The notes beneath the pieces are model-generated. The model made no database searches and was not told the origin of the DNA. It saw only the letters and a list, made by a program, of their open reading frames with translations. From NCBI GenBank assembly GCA_946566645.1, contig CAMNWZ010000002.1:1-37053 (forward strand): DNA of 37,053 nucleotides. Direction: 5' to 3'. The position numbers and the translations under genes were made by a program. Source of the stretch: an uncultured Clostridia bacterium. Lineage in GTDB: Bacteria; Bacillota; Clostridia; Oscillospirales; JAAYOS01. Positions 25,960 through 33,064 of this stretch are shown here, piece by piece. Numbering within the stretch: the first letter of the stretch is position 1; the number at the start of each line of letters is the position of its first letter.

Positions 25960-25971
25960 CTTCCCTTTTTT
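25947..25971 (+). terminator. Intrinsic terminator of the rpsP-trmD operon
   Basis: GGGGAGC (25947..25953) pairs with GCTTCCC (25959..25965), followed by TTTTTT. It overlaps the trmD stop codon. Confidence 0.6.
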
Positions 25972-25997
25972 GCATGAAAAATGATGTGCCGCGGGAC

Positions 25998-26032
25998 AAA
26001 AAATCTCCGAGGGAAGGTGCGTTCCCTCGGAG
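25998..26032 (-). terminator. Orphan minus-strand intrinsic terminator (no annotated gene upstream of it)
   Basis: A perfect 11-bp stem, CTCCGAGGGAA (26005..26015) with TTCCCTCGGAG (26022..26032). The U-tract is on the minus strand only (ATTTTTTG, 26004..25997). Confidence 0.45.
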
Positions 26033-26182
26033 CAAGGTGTGCATAAAACCGCCGCAGGCTTTGGAGGAAGCTCGCGAACCGGAAACCCATTATAATCGTA
26101 CGGTTATTGCACGGCATAAGGATAGCACGCCTGTGATAAAATGTTAATACCAAACGGTTATAATTTATGAGAGCGGGTTGGT

Positions 26183-26308
26183 ATGACGAACTATTACAGA
26201 CGGCTGCGCGACACCCCGACCGATGTGCTCATCCGGCTGGCACGGCTGTACGGCACATCCACCGACTATCTGCTCGGGCTGACACAGAACCCCGAGCCGT
26301 ACAAATAA
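26183..26308 (+). pseudogene. 41-codon ORF encoding only the C-terminal half of an XRE-family HTH domain (gene remnant or mini-protein)
   Basis: In MTNYYRRLRDTPTDVLIRLARLYGTSTDYLLGLTQNPEPYK, the segment P..VLIRLARLYG.STDYLLGL is the typical end of an HTH_3 domain. An in-frame stop at 26168 excludes a longer N-terminus, and the RBS is weak. It is below the ORF-track cutoff. Confidence 0.4.
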
Positions 26309-26335
26309 AACCACCCTTGCGGGTGGTTTTGTTAT
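26307..26335. terminator. Bidirectional terminator between the mini-ORF and recR
   Basis: AAAACCACCC (26307..26316), loop TTGC, then GGGTGGTTTT (26321..26330). A and T runs on both sides. Confidence 0.65.
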
Positions 26336-26937
26336 ATTTCGCTGCGACCCTCGAGCGCGCGGCCGAGCGTCAGCTCGTCGGTGAACTCGAGGTGACCGCC
26401 CATCGGTATTCCGTAGGCGAGCCGCGTGGTCTTCACGCCGAGAGGTTTCAACAGCCGCGCTATGTACAGCGCCGTAGCTTCGCCCTCGGTGTCCGGGTCG
26501 GTCGCGAGTATGACCTCGCTCACACCGCCCGCACTCACCCGCGTGATAAGCTCCTTTATCCGCAGGTCGTCGGGGGATACGCGGCTGAGGGGGGAGATCA
26601 CGCCGTGCAGAACGTGGTACAGCCCGCGATACTCCGCCGTCCGCTCGATAGCCGCCACGTCCTTCGGGTCGCTGACGACGCATATCACGCTGTGGTCGCG
26701 CGCAGCCGACGAGCATATCGGGCAGACCTCGCTTGCGGACAGGTTCTGGCAGGTCTTGCAGAAGGTTATCTCCTGCTTCGCGGCGGAGATGGCGGCGGCG
26801 AACGCCTTCGCGTCCTCCTCGCCCATGCTCACGACGTGGAACGCGAGCCGCTGCGCGGTCTTGCGTCCTATGCCGGGCAGCCGCGCGAACCAGTCGATGA
26901 GATTCTCTACCGGCGCGGGAAAGTAGGCGTTTGCCAT
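26332..26937 (-). CDS. recR: Recombination protein RecR
   Basis: LPGIGRKTAQRLAFH HhH motif, zinc finger CKTCQNLSASEVCPIC and a Toprim domain (VICVVSDPKD...ATDPDTEGEATA). Confidence 0.96.
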   Translation of the reverse strand: MANAYFPAPVENLIDWFARLPGIGRKTAQRLAFHVVSMGEEDAKAFAAAISAAKQEITFCKTCQNLSASEVCPICSSAARDHSVICVVSDPKDVAAIERTAEYRGLYHVLHGVISPLSRVSPDDLRIKELITRVSAGGVSEVILATDPDTEGEATALYIARLLKPLGVKTTRLAYGIPMGGHLEFTDELTLGRALEGRSEI

Positions 26938-27272
26938 CAGAACAGCCCCGGAAGGTTCAGTCCGCCGGTGAGCTTCGACATCTCCTCCTCGGCGGTGTCC
27001 TCCGCCTTGCGGACAGCCTCGTTCACCGCGGCGATTATCATGTCCTGAAGCATCTCGACGTCGTCCGGATCGACCGCCTCCGGCTGTATCTCAAGCGCGG
27101 TGAGACGGTGCTTTCCGGTGATCGTCGCAGTGACCATGCCGCCGCCGGTCGTCGCCGAGAACTCGCGCGTCTCCAGCTCCTGCTGCATGGCTATCATGTC
27201 CTGCTGCATCTTCTGCGCCTGCTGCATCATGTTCATACTGTTTTTCGGCATATTCGGGAACTTTCTTGCCAT
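26937..27272 (-). CDS. ybaB: YbaB/EbfC nucleoid-associated protein
   Basis: MMQQAQKMQQDM...GGGMVTATITGKHRLTALEI.PEAVDPDDVEMLQDMI. Conserved dnaX-ybaB-recR order. TGATG overlap with recR. Confidence 0.93.
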   Translation of the reverse strand: MARKFPNMPKNSMNMMQQAQKMQQDMIAMQQELETREFSATTGGGMVTATITGKHRLTALEIQPEAVDPDDVEMLQDMIIAAVNEAVRKAEDTAEEEMSKLTGGLNLPGLF

Positions 27273-27285
27273 ATTCAGACCTCCA

Positions 27286-29043
27286 TCAGTCGGTTATTGT
27301 GAAATTGTCGAATTTTGTCTGCTGCTCGAGCAGATCGTCGAACGCGTCGCGCGTCTTCTCCTGACCGGCGAGCACGCACCGCGCGGATACCTTGCGTCCC
27401 AGCACCTTGGCGGCACTTGCTTCCACCGCGCCGAGCACCTTTCGGTCGCCGACTATCTTGCGCGCGAACTCGCTTGTCACCGTTATCACCACCGCGTCGC
27501 CCTCGAGCGCGGGAGTGGGCTGCGCCGCGAGCTGCATGTAGTGCGAGATGGGCATGTTCGGTCGAGCGTCCGCCATCACGTCCTGCCACCACGACGCCGG
27601 CTGTGCGGAAGGCTTCGGGGTCGAGCGGCGCGGCTGTTCAGGCTGCGGCTCGAACGGCGGCTCATCCTCCGGCGGGGGAGCGAAGCTGTCGTCCATCGGC
27701 GGGATGTCGTCCCAGGGGGGCGTGTCCTCAGGTTCGGACGGTTCGGCGAGCGAGAATTTCGGCTCGGACGGCGTCTCATCCCAGGGGGGAGCGTCGCTCG
27801 GCTCGGGTTCGACCGGCTGTGTTGCTTCAATCGGCTTTGCCGCGGCCGGCTTCGGCGTTTCGACAGCGGGCTCGGTCGGCTTTGACTGCTCGACGGCGGG
27901 TTTCGCAGTCGGAGCGGGCGCGGCGCGCACCACACGCACCGGCTGCGGCTCATCGGAAATGCCGCCCGCCGCGATGGATGCCAATTTAACGATGCACAGC
28001 TCGACCTCTGTCCGTGCCGACGCCGAGCGCGCGAGCCGTGCCTGCGAGTCGCTCACCGCCGACAGCATTGCCGAAGCAGCCGAAGCGGTGAGCCCGAGCG
28101 CCTCGAGCGCCGACGCGGGGTATCTTCCTCCGAGCAGCGCGGGCGCTTTGGTGGTGAGAAGTATCAGCTCGTCTCGGACGGCGCTTCCCAGTTCTCCGAG
28201 CAGCGCGGACATATCCTTGCCCGCCGAGTAGAGACCATCCAGCGTCGCGAGCGCCGAGGCGATGTCCCCCTGCGCCGCCGACGTGAGTATCGAGAGCGTG
28301 TCATCCGCGCCCGCAAGCCCCAGCTCGTCGAGTATCGCGGCTTCGTCGAGGGTCGAGTCCCTGCGAGCCGCCGCGCACTGGTCGAGCATGGATATCGCGT
28401 CGCGGAATCCGCCGTCCGCGAGACGCGCAAGCGCCGCCGCGCCGTCCTCGGTCAGCGGAATGTTCTCCGCCGCCGCGATCTCGCTCACTCGTGCCGCGAG
28501 GTCGCGCGCGCTTCCGCGTCGGAAGCTGTATCGCTGGCAGCGGGAGAGAATGGTCGGCGGTATCTTGTTCAGCTCGGTGGACGCAAAGATGAACAGGACG
28601 TGCTCGGGCGGCTCCTCGAGTATCTTGAGCAGCGCGTTCCACGCCCCGTTTGAAAGCATGTGGCATTCGTCGATGATGTAGACGCGGTACTTCAGCTCGA
28701 CCGGCGTATACATGGCGTTGTCGCGCAGCGAGCGGATGTTGTCCACGCCGGTGTTAGACGCGGCGTCTATCTCGCTTATGTCCACCGCCGAGCCGTCGTT
28801 TATCGCGCGGCAGGCGGCGCACTCGTTGCACGGCTCGCCGTCGTGGAGGTCAAGGCAGTTTGCCGCCTTTGCGAGCAATTTTGCGCAGGTAGTCTTGCCC
28901 GTTCCCCGCGTGCCGGTGAAAAGGTAGGCATGGGAAAGGCGTCCGAGCGCTATCTGTTTTCTGAGCGTGTCGGTGACCTGCGGCTGACCGACCACATCCG
29001 AGAAGGTCATCGGCCGCCACTTGCGGTAGAGAGCCAGAGACAT
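27286..29043 (-). CDS. dnaX: DNA polymerase III subunits gamma/tau
   Basis: ALYRKWRPMTFSDVVGQ, GTRGTGKTT, the zinc module CNECAACRAI and the SRC motif (ILSRCQRY), with a Pro/Glu-rich linker. AGGAGG lies 6 nt before the ATG at 29043 (an internal Met of the listed ORF). Confidence 0.93.
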   Translation of the reverse strand: MSLALYRKWRPMTFSDVVGQPQVTDTLRKQIALGRLSHAYLFTGTRGTGKTTCAKLLAKAANCLDLHDGEPCNECAACRAINDGSAVDISEIDAASNTGVDNIRSLRDNAMYTPVELKYRVYIIDECHMLSNGAWNALLKILEEPPEHVLFIFASTELNKIPPTILSRCQRYSFRRGSARDLAARVSEIAAAENIPLTEDGAAALARLADGGFRDAISMLDQCAAARRDSTLDEAAILDELGLAGADDTLSILTSAAQGDIASALATLDGLYSAGKDMSALLGELGSAVRDELILLTTKAPALLGGRYPASALEALGLTASAASAMLSAVSDSQARLARSASARTEVELCIVKLASIAAGGISDEPQPVRVVRAAPAPTAKPAVEQSKPTEPAVETPKPAAAKPIEATQPVEPEPSDAPPWDETPSEPKFSLAEPSEPEDTPPWDDIPPMDDSFAPPPEDEPPFEPQPEQPRRSTPKPSAQPASWWQDVMADARPNMPISHYMQLAAQPTPALEGDAVVITVTSEFARKIVGDRKVLGAVEASAAKVLGRKVSARCVLAGQEKTRDAFDDLLEQQTKFDNFTITD

Positions 29044-29060
29044 AGTCGACCTCCTAAACA

Positions 29061-29358
29061 CGTCATATCGCATGAGCCGCACACCCGACTTTGTGCAGGA
29101 TGTCCGTCCGCTTTCCGCTCTCAAGGCTCAGGCACGGCTGCCCCACGGCACATCGGTAAGCACCGCTTAATGCTGCTCGGTTCCCCGCCTGACATGATTC
29201 ACGGGCGCCGATTGCGTGGGACCGTACCCTCAACACCCCTTGAGCGGGGCTGCGACAAACATCCATACCCGAGGTCGGGGATTCTCCCTCACTGCAGCGG
29301 ATTGTGAGTGCAGGGCGCCGCTAACTCCCCGGATAGTGCGGCTCATGCGGTATGACGT
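29061..29358 (-). ncRNA. ffs: Signal recognition particle RNA, large Bacillus-type with an Alu domain (ends approximate)
   Basis: The minus strand contains GGGGAGTTAGCGGCGCCCTG...CAATCCGCTGCAGTGAGGGAGAATCCCC (Alu domain, very close to B. subtilis scRNA). It also contains the domain IV motif CATGTCAGGCGGGGAACCGAGCAGCATTAAG. A terminal helix is formed by 29061..29082 with 29337..29358. The position upstream of dnaX is the classical Firmicutes arrangement. Confidence 0.9.
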
Positions 29359-29374
29359 ATAACTCGCACCGCTT

Positions 29375-29403
29375 ATTGTATCACAAACAGAGCGGTTTAG
29401 CAA
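29375..29403 (-). promoter_or_regulatory. Sigma-A type promoter of the SRP RNA
   Basis: On the minus strand: TTGCTA (29403..29398), a 17-nt spacer, then TACAAT (29380..29375), just upstream of the RNA 5' helix. Confidence 0.6.
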
Positions 29404-29406
29404 GAT

Positions 29407-29434
29407 AAAAAAGGAGAGCCGCGGCTCTCCTTTT
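29407..29434 (-). terminator. Intrinsic terminator (bidirectional shape) after the 94-aa membrane protein gene
   Basis: GGAGAGCC/GGCTCTCC palindromic stem (29413..29430). It is flanked by AAAAAA on one side and TTTT on the other; on the minus strand it is followed by TTTTTTAT. Confidence 0.65.
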
Positions 29435-29452
29435 GAAATGTGTTTTCGGGTG

Positions 29453-29737
29453 TCAGTACCACACGCCGAGGCATATCCTGTTTATCAGCAGGGTGGCAAG
29501 AATGTTGAAACCCAAGGCGGCGGATATGAAGTGCGTCTCCCACTCGGGGAAAACCCATATCCCTGCGAGAATCGTCGCAGCCATGACTGCTTTCGAGACG
29601 CGCATCGCCACCCAGTAGGCACGTGGGACAGCCATGCTCCGCCGGCTTTTGCGAACAAGTGGAGGAAGGTCGCCGAAGGGGAGAAATATTATCGCGGCAG
29701 CCAAGAGTGTGAAAACGATCTTGATTACTATGTCCAT
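29453..29737 (-). CDS. Small hypothetical membrane protein (3 predicted TM helices)
   Basis: 94 aa with hydrophobic segments IVIKIVFTLLAAAIIFLPF, AVMAATILAGIWVF and FISAALGFNILATLLI. AGGAGGG lies 7 nt before the ATG. I prefer it to the overlapping ORFs 29397..29789 and 29438..29821, which lack an RBS and any membrane logic. Confidence 0.6.
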   Translation of the reverse strand: MDIVIKIVFTLLAAAIIFLPFGDLPPLVRKSRRSMAVPRAYWVAMRVSKAVMAATILAGIWVFPEWETHFISAALGFNILATLLINRICLGVWY

Positions 29738-29853
29738 CGGCGCATCCCTCCTTTGATATTATCTTATCGCAAAAGTGAGGCTGTGTCAACCGAATATGTT
29801 GACTGCCGGATAAAAATGTGATATTTTATTTATAATGGGAGGGACAAAAATTG

Positions 29854-30237
29854 ATGAAACAGACAGCAACAAGGCTCATACTGATACTTCTCGTCGCGAC
29901 AATGCTGCTCGGGCTGTGCGCGTGCGCGAATCAGTTCGCGAACTTCAACGACGGGATGACCGAGGAGGACTATAAATACGACCCCGAGGCTGTGCGGGAG
30001 TGGCAGCATGATAGTAACGAGCGGTGGACGAAGATAGTGCTCATCGGCGGCTCGATTCTCATGATAGCGGCGGGAGTGTTCAGACTTATCGTGCCGCAGG
30101 GAGGATGGTGGCTTGCACACGGATGGAAGTACCGCGATGCCGAGCCGTCCAAGCTGTCGCTCGCGCTGGCACAGGTGGCGGGCGGAGTCGCAATCGTTGT
30201 CGGCGCGATAATGCTTATCGTCGCGCTCGCAATATAA
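29854..30237 (+). CDS. Small lipoprotein/membrane protein (DUF6199-like, low confidence on the family)
   Basis: Signal peptide with a lipobox (LLLGLCAC), then two TM helices flanking HGWKYRDAEPSKLS. GGGAGGG lies 9 nt before the ATG at 29854. Confidence 0.65.
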   Translation: MKQTATRLILILLVATMLLGLCACANQFANFNDGMTEEDYKYDPEAVREWQHDSNERWTKIVLIGGSILMIAAGVFRLIVPQGGWWLAHGWKYRDAEPSKLSLALAQVAGGVAIVVGAIMLIVALAI

Positions 30238-30347
30238 TTTTGTGCTGATTGACGAAAGAAATTTATGCTTTGTTTATTGCTTTTTCCTCGATTTAGGCTA
30301 AAATAGGATAGGCATGACGATAATGGACTATTCGTGAGGAGAGGGCA

Positions 30348-31058
30348 ATGGACGAGAAGAACACCGGCGAGACCAGGGAGTTCGACGAGCTTAGCCGCCG
30401 CGAGAAGATAGAGGCGGTGGAAGAGGTCGCCGAGACGGTCGTGGGCGAGGTCAAGAAGCAGGGCGTGAGCACCGAAGGCAAGCTCGCGGCGTGGCTCGGC
30501 CTCGGAATAACGATAGTCATCTGCGTCGGCGTCGGCATAATGTTCCTCAAGCTCGGCATATTCGAGTCGGTGGACATCATACGCGGATGGGTGAATAAGC
30601 TCGGCTGGTTCGGACCGATAGCCGTCTGCCTCGCGCAGGTGGCGCAGGTGATACTTAGATTTGTGCCCGGCGGCGTGACCTGCGCGGCGAGCGTGCTCAT
30701 CTACGGACCGCTGTGGGGCTTTGTGATAAGCTACGCGGGGCTGATAATCGGCTGCGTCATCGTGTATGTGCTCGTCCACAAGTACGGCATACGCATAGCC
30801 GAACGCCTTGCGGGACGCGAGAATCTGGAGAAATACTGGAAGTGGGCGACCGGCAAAAAGTTCGACGTGATATTTCTTGTGACCGCGATACTGCCCTTCT
30901 TCCCGGATGACCTCATCTGCGTGGCGGCGTCGCTTACCAAGATCTCGTTCAAGAAGTATTTCATCATCTGCCTTATCGGGCGCCCCGTCGGGCTTATCAT
31001 CTACTCGCTCGCGGGCGCGGGAATATTCAGCTGGCTGAACATCGACATGCTGGCATAA
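30348..31058 (+). CDS. TVP38/TMEM64 (DedA-superfamily, SNARE-associated) membrane protein
   Basis: Polytopic. The characteristic segments are AQVAQVILRFVPGGVTCAASVLIYGPLWGF and ILPFFPDDLICVAASLTKISFKKYF. GAGGAG RBS. Confidence 0.82.
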   Translation: MDEKNTGETREFDELSRREKIEAVEEVAETVVGEVKKQGVSTEGKLAAWLGLGITIVICVGVGIMFLKLGIFESVDIIRGWVNKLGWFGPIAVCLAQVAQVILRFVPGGVTCAASVLIYGPLWGFVISYAGLIIGCVIVYVLVHKYGIRIAERLAGRENLEKYWKWATGKKFDVIFLVTAILPFFPDDLICVAASLTKISFKKYFIICLIGRPVGLIIYSLAGAGIFSWLNIDMLA

Positions 31059-31078
31059 AGGTTTCGGAGGGAAAGTTA

Positions 31079-31735
31079 ATGTTTAGGGCAAGCAGGGAGA
31101 CCAAAAAGCGCGCGCTCATCGCGTCGGCGCTGTTCGGACTCTTTAATATCTGGTTTCTGGTGTGCGAAAAGACGATAATTCGTCCCGAATACATAATGTA
31201 TCTGCCGCTCGACAGCCGCATACCGTTCGTTCCGCAGTTCATCATTCCGTACTATATGTGGCACGCGTATGTGTCGCTGCCGATGGTCTGGCTGTTCTTC
31301 AAGGCACCGGAGGACTACGTTCGCGGCATGACCTTCTACGCGATAGCGCTGTTCTGCGCGTGCGCCATCTACACCATCGCGCCGAACGGACAGCGGCTTC
31401 GTCCGCACATCCTCGGCAACGGCTTCTTCGAGCGGTGGGTGGCGTTTACATACTCGGCGGACAGCCCGAACAACGTCGCGCCCAGCCTGCACGTTCTCGA
31501 CTCGATAGCGATACACGCGGCGCTGGTACACTGCGAAAAGTTCCGCAAGCACCGCTCGGCGGTGGTGATAAGCTCGATACTCTGCGTCGCGTGCTCGATC
31601 TCCACCGTGTTTGTCAAGCAGCACTCGGTGATAGATGTGTTCATGGGCGCGGGTCTCGGCGCGCTGATATGGGCGTGCGTGTACGGCCGCGCGTACCACC
31701 GTGTAAAGCCGATCATCGAGCGCAGGAAGATATAA
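31079..31735 (+). CDS. PAP2-superfamily membrane enzyme, PAP2_3 (Aur1/IPC-synthase-like) type
   Basis: Polytopic. The C2/C3 motifs are APSLH (SxH) and VKQHSVIDVFMG (HxxxD). The extended KxxxxxxRP C1 motif of classical phosphatases is missing, as in phosphotransferase-type PAP2 proteins. It starts 20 nt after the TVP38 gene. Confidence 0.78.
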   Translation: MFRASRETKKRALIASALFGLFNIWFLVCEKTIIRPEYIMYLPLDSRIPFVPQFIIPYYMWHAYVSLPMVWLFFKAPEDYVRGMTFYAIALFCACAIYTIAPNGQRLRPHILGNGFFERWVAFTYSADSPNNVAPSLHVLDSIAIHAALVHCEKFRKHRSAVVISSILCVACSISTVFVKQHSVIDVFMGAGLGALIWACVYGRAYHRVKPIIERRKI

Positions 31736-31750
31736 AAACGGAGGAATACC

Positions 31751-32440
31751 ATGCAGAAGCGAATAAACCTCGGAGGGACGATGAACCTTCGCGACCTCGG
31801 CGGCTATCCGACAAAGGACGGCCGCGTGACCGCGTGGGGACGAAACTTCCGCTCGGCGTGTCCGCAGGGCCTCTGCGAAGCGGACATCGAATACGCGCGG
31901 GACACGCTCGGGATAACCACCGTCATCGACCTGCGCGGCGAGTTTGAGCTTGGGGTGCAGCCCTGCGGACTCGCGGGCGTGGACGGCATAAACTACCGAA
32001 ATATCCCGCTTCTCTCCGACTTCGAATACGGAATGGATAAGTTCGGCGGCGAGAGCTACTACCTGATGGCGGAGCACATACCGAGCATGAGCGAGCTGTT
32101 CCGCACTATCGCAAACGCGCCCGGAGCGGTGCTTTTCCACTGCACGGCGGGCAAGGATCGCACCGGCATGACCGCGGCGATACTGCTTATGCTCGTGGGA
32201 GTGGAGGACATCGACATCGTCGCCGACTACCAGGTTTCGCGGACATACATCGACCCGCTCGTGCAGTATCTGAAGGCGAACTACCCGCAGATGCCGCAGC
32301 ACGCGGGCGAGAGTCCGGTCGAGTTCATCCGCGAGTTCATGGCGCGGTTCCGCGAGCGCTGGGGGACGGTGGAGGGCTATTTCGACTACCTCGGTCTGAG
32401 CGCCGACGAGGTCGGGAAGCTGAAAAACAGGATGATATGA
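31751..32440 (+). CDS. Tyrosine/lipid phosphatase of the Y_phosphatase3 (MptpB-like) family
   Basis: N-terminal NLRDLGG and the CX5R P-loop HCTAGKDRTG. This is almost identical to the HCFAGKDRTG loop I recall for M. tuberculosis MptpB. It starts 15 nt after the PAP2_3 gene. GGAGG RBS. Confidence 0.85.
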   Translation: MQKRINLGGTMNLRDLGGYPTKDGRVTAWGRNFRSACPQGLCEADIEYARDTLGITTVIDLRGEFELGVQPCGLAGVDGINYRNIPLLSDFEYGMDKFGGESYYLMAEHIPSMSELFRTIANAPGAVLFHCTAGKDRTGMTAAILLMLVGVEDIDIVADYQVSRTYIDPLVQYLKANYPQMPQHAGESPVEFIREFMARFRERWGTVEGYFDYLGLSADEVGKLKNRMI

Positions 32441-32476
32441 CAAAACCTCCGAGGAAGTGCTCCTCGGAGGTTTTTT
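32441..32476. terminator. Bidirectional intrinsic terminator between convergent genes
   Basis: CCTCCGAGGA (32446..32455), loop AGTGC, then TCCTCGGAGG (32461..32470): a perfect 10-bp stem. It is preceded by AAAA and followed by TTTTTT. Confidence 0.75.
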
Positions 32477-32532
32477 GTGTGGTTTCACGGCGAAAACCGT
32501 GGGTCGGGCGACCGAAATCGCGGGTTTCGCGG

Positions 32533-33051
32533 CTACTTGCCCGCAATCTTGCGCTTCGCGAACGCGTCGAAATCGGCGGCGTTCCCGACGGTGAATGCGT
32601 CCTTTTTAACACGATAAGCCGAGCTTTGGTCGAGCCAGAGGTAGAACCAGTTTTCGTCCTGCGTTATCTCGCTGAGACGCGACCAGTCGAAAGTGACCTC
32701 GTCGCCCGCGTCGTCGACGGCTATCTGCTCGCCGAAGCGCATGACGCGGTTCCAGTGCGCGGTGTGCTTTGCGGCGAGCATCTTGCGGAAATGCTGGCGC
32801 TGCTTGCGTCGATTGAACACGAACGCGCTGAGCAGGAAGTAGATGCCGAACAGCGCGCCGCCGATGATATAGAGCGGATAGACCTTGACAATGCCGAGCA
32901 CTATCAGTCCGAGCGCGAGCGCGACCTCGACGAGCGTCATTATCAGCATCATGCGGGCGTGCTTTTTGGCGAGCTTGCCGACCGGGTGGGTCGCCCAGTG
33001 CATGTATATGTCCTCGGTCACTTCGTACGCGTTTTCAAACTCAAATTCCAT
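32533..33051 (-). CDS. YcxB-like membrane protein
   Basis: Two central TM helices (MMLIMTLVEVALALGLIVLGIV and LYIIGGALFGIYFLLSAFVF), then a C-terminal domain ending WFYLWLDQSSAYRVKKDAF, typical of the YcxB family. Confidence 0.7.
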   Translation of the reverse strand: MEFEFENAYEVTEDIYMHWATHPVGKLAKKHARMMLIMTLVEVALALGLIVLGIVKVYPLYIIGGALFGIYFLLSAFVFNRRKQRQHFRKMLAAKHTAHWNRVMRFGEQIAVDDAGDEVTFDWSRLSEITQDENWFYLWLDQSSAYRVKKDAFTVGNAADFDAFAKRKIAGK

Positions 33052-33064
33052 TGTTTTACCCCTT

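Noticed and set aside
25842-26153. 103-aa minus-strand ORF spanning the trmD 3' end and the intergenic hairpins.
   Set aside because: It has no RBS, overlaps trmD antisense and reads straight through two terminator hairpins. I treat the region as non-coding (see the sRNA hypothesis in the findings).
26167-27048. 293-aa + strand ORF across the recR region, and the 183-aa minus ORF 26165..26716.
   Set aside because: Both are shadows of recR, which has its zinc finger and Toprim motifs in the 26332..26937 minus frame. They contain no motifs.
27548-27990. Repetitive-looking Pro/Glu/Ser/Gly-rich stretch, which gives several overlapping ORFs in all frames.
   Set aside because: It is the low-complexity linker of DnaX tau (..PPWDETPSEP..PPWDDIPPMD..). 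It is not a tandem DNA repeat, CRISPR array or separate gene. I also found no A-rich slippery site suggesting programmed dnaX frameshifting.
28660-29307. ORFs 28660..29307(+), 29063..29266(-) and others overlapping 29061..29358.
   Set aside because: The region is the SRP RNA, with a strong match to the Bacillus scRNA Alu and domain IV motifs plus a terminal helix. The ORFs there are incidental.
29397-29821. ORFs 29397..29789(-) of 130 aa and 29438..29821(+) of 127 aa.
   Set aside because: They overlap the 94-aa membrane-protein frame, which has a strong RBS and clear TM helices. These two have neither.
29831-29836. Perfect TATAAT upstream of the 29854 gene, considered as its -10 box.
   Set aside because: It ends 2 nt before the GGGAGGG RBS, so a transcript starting about 7 nt downstream would lack the RBS. 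TTGACT-17-TATTTT (29799..29827) is geometrically more plausible.
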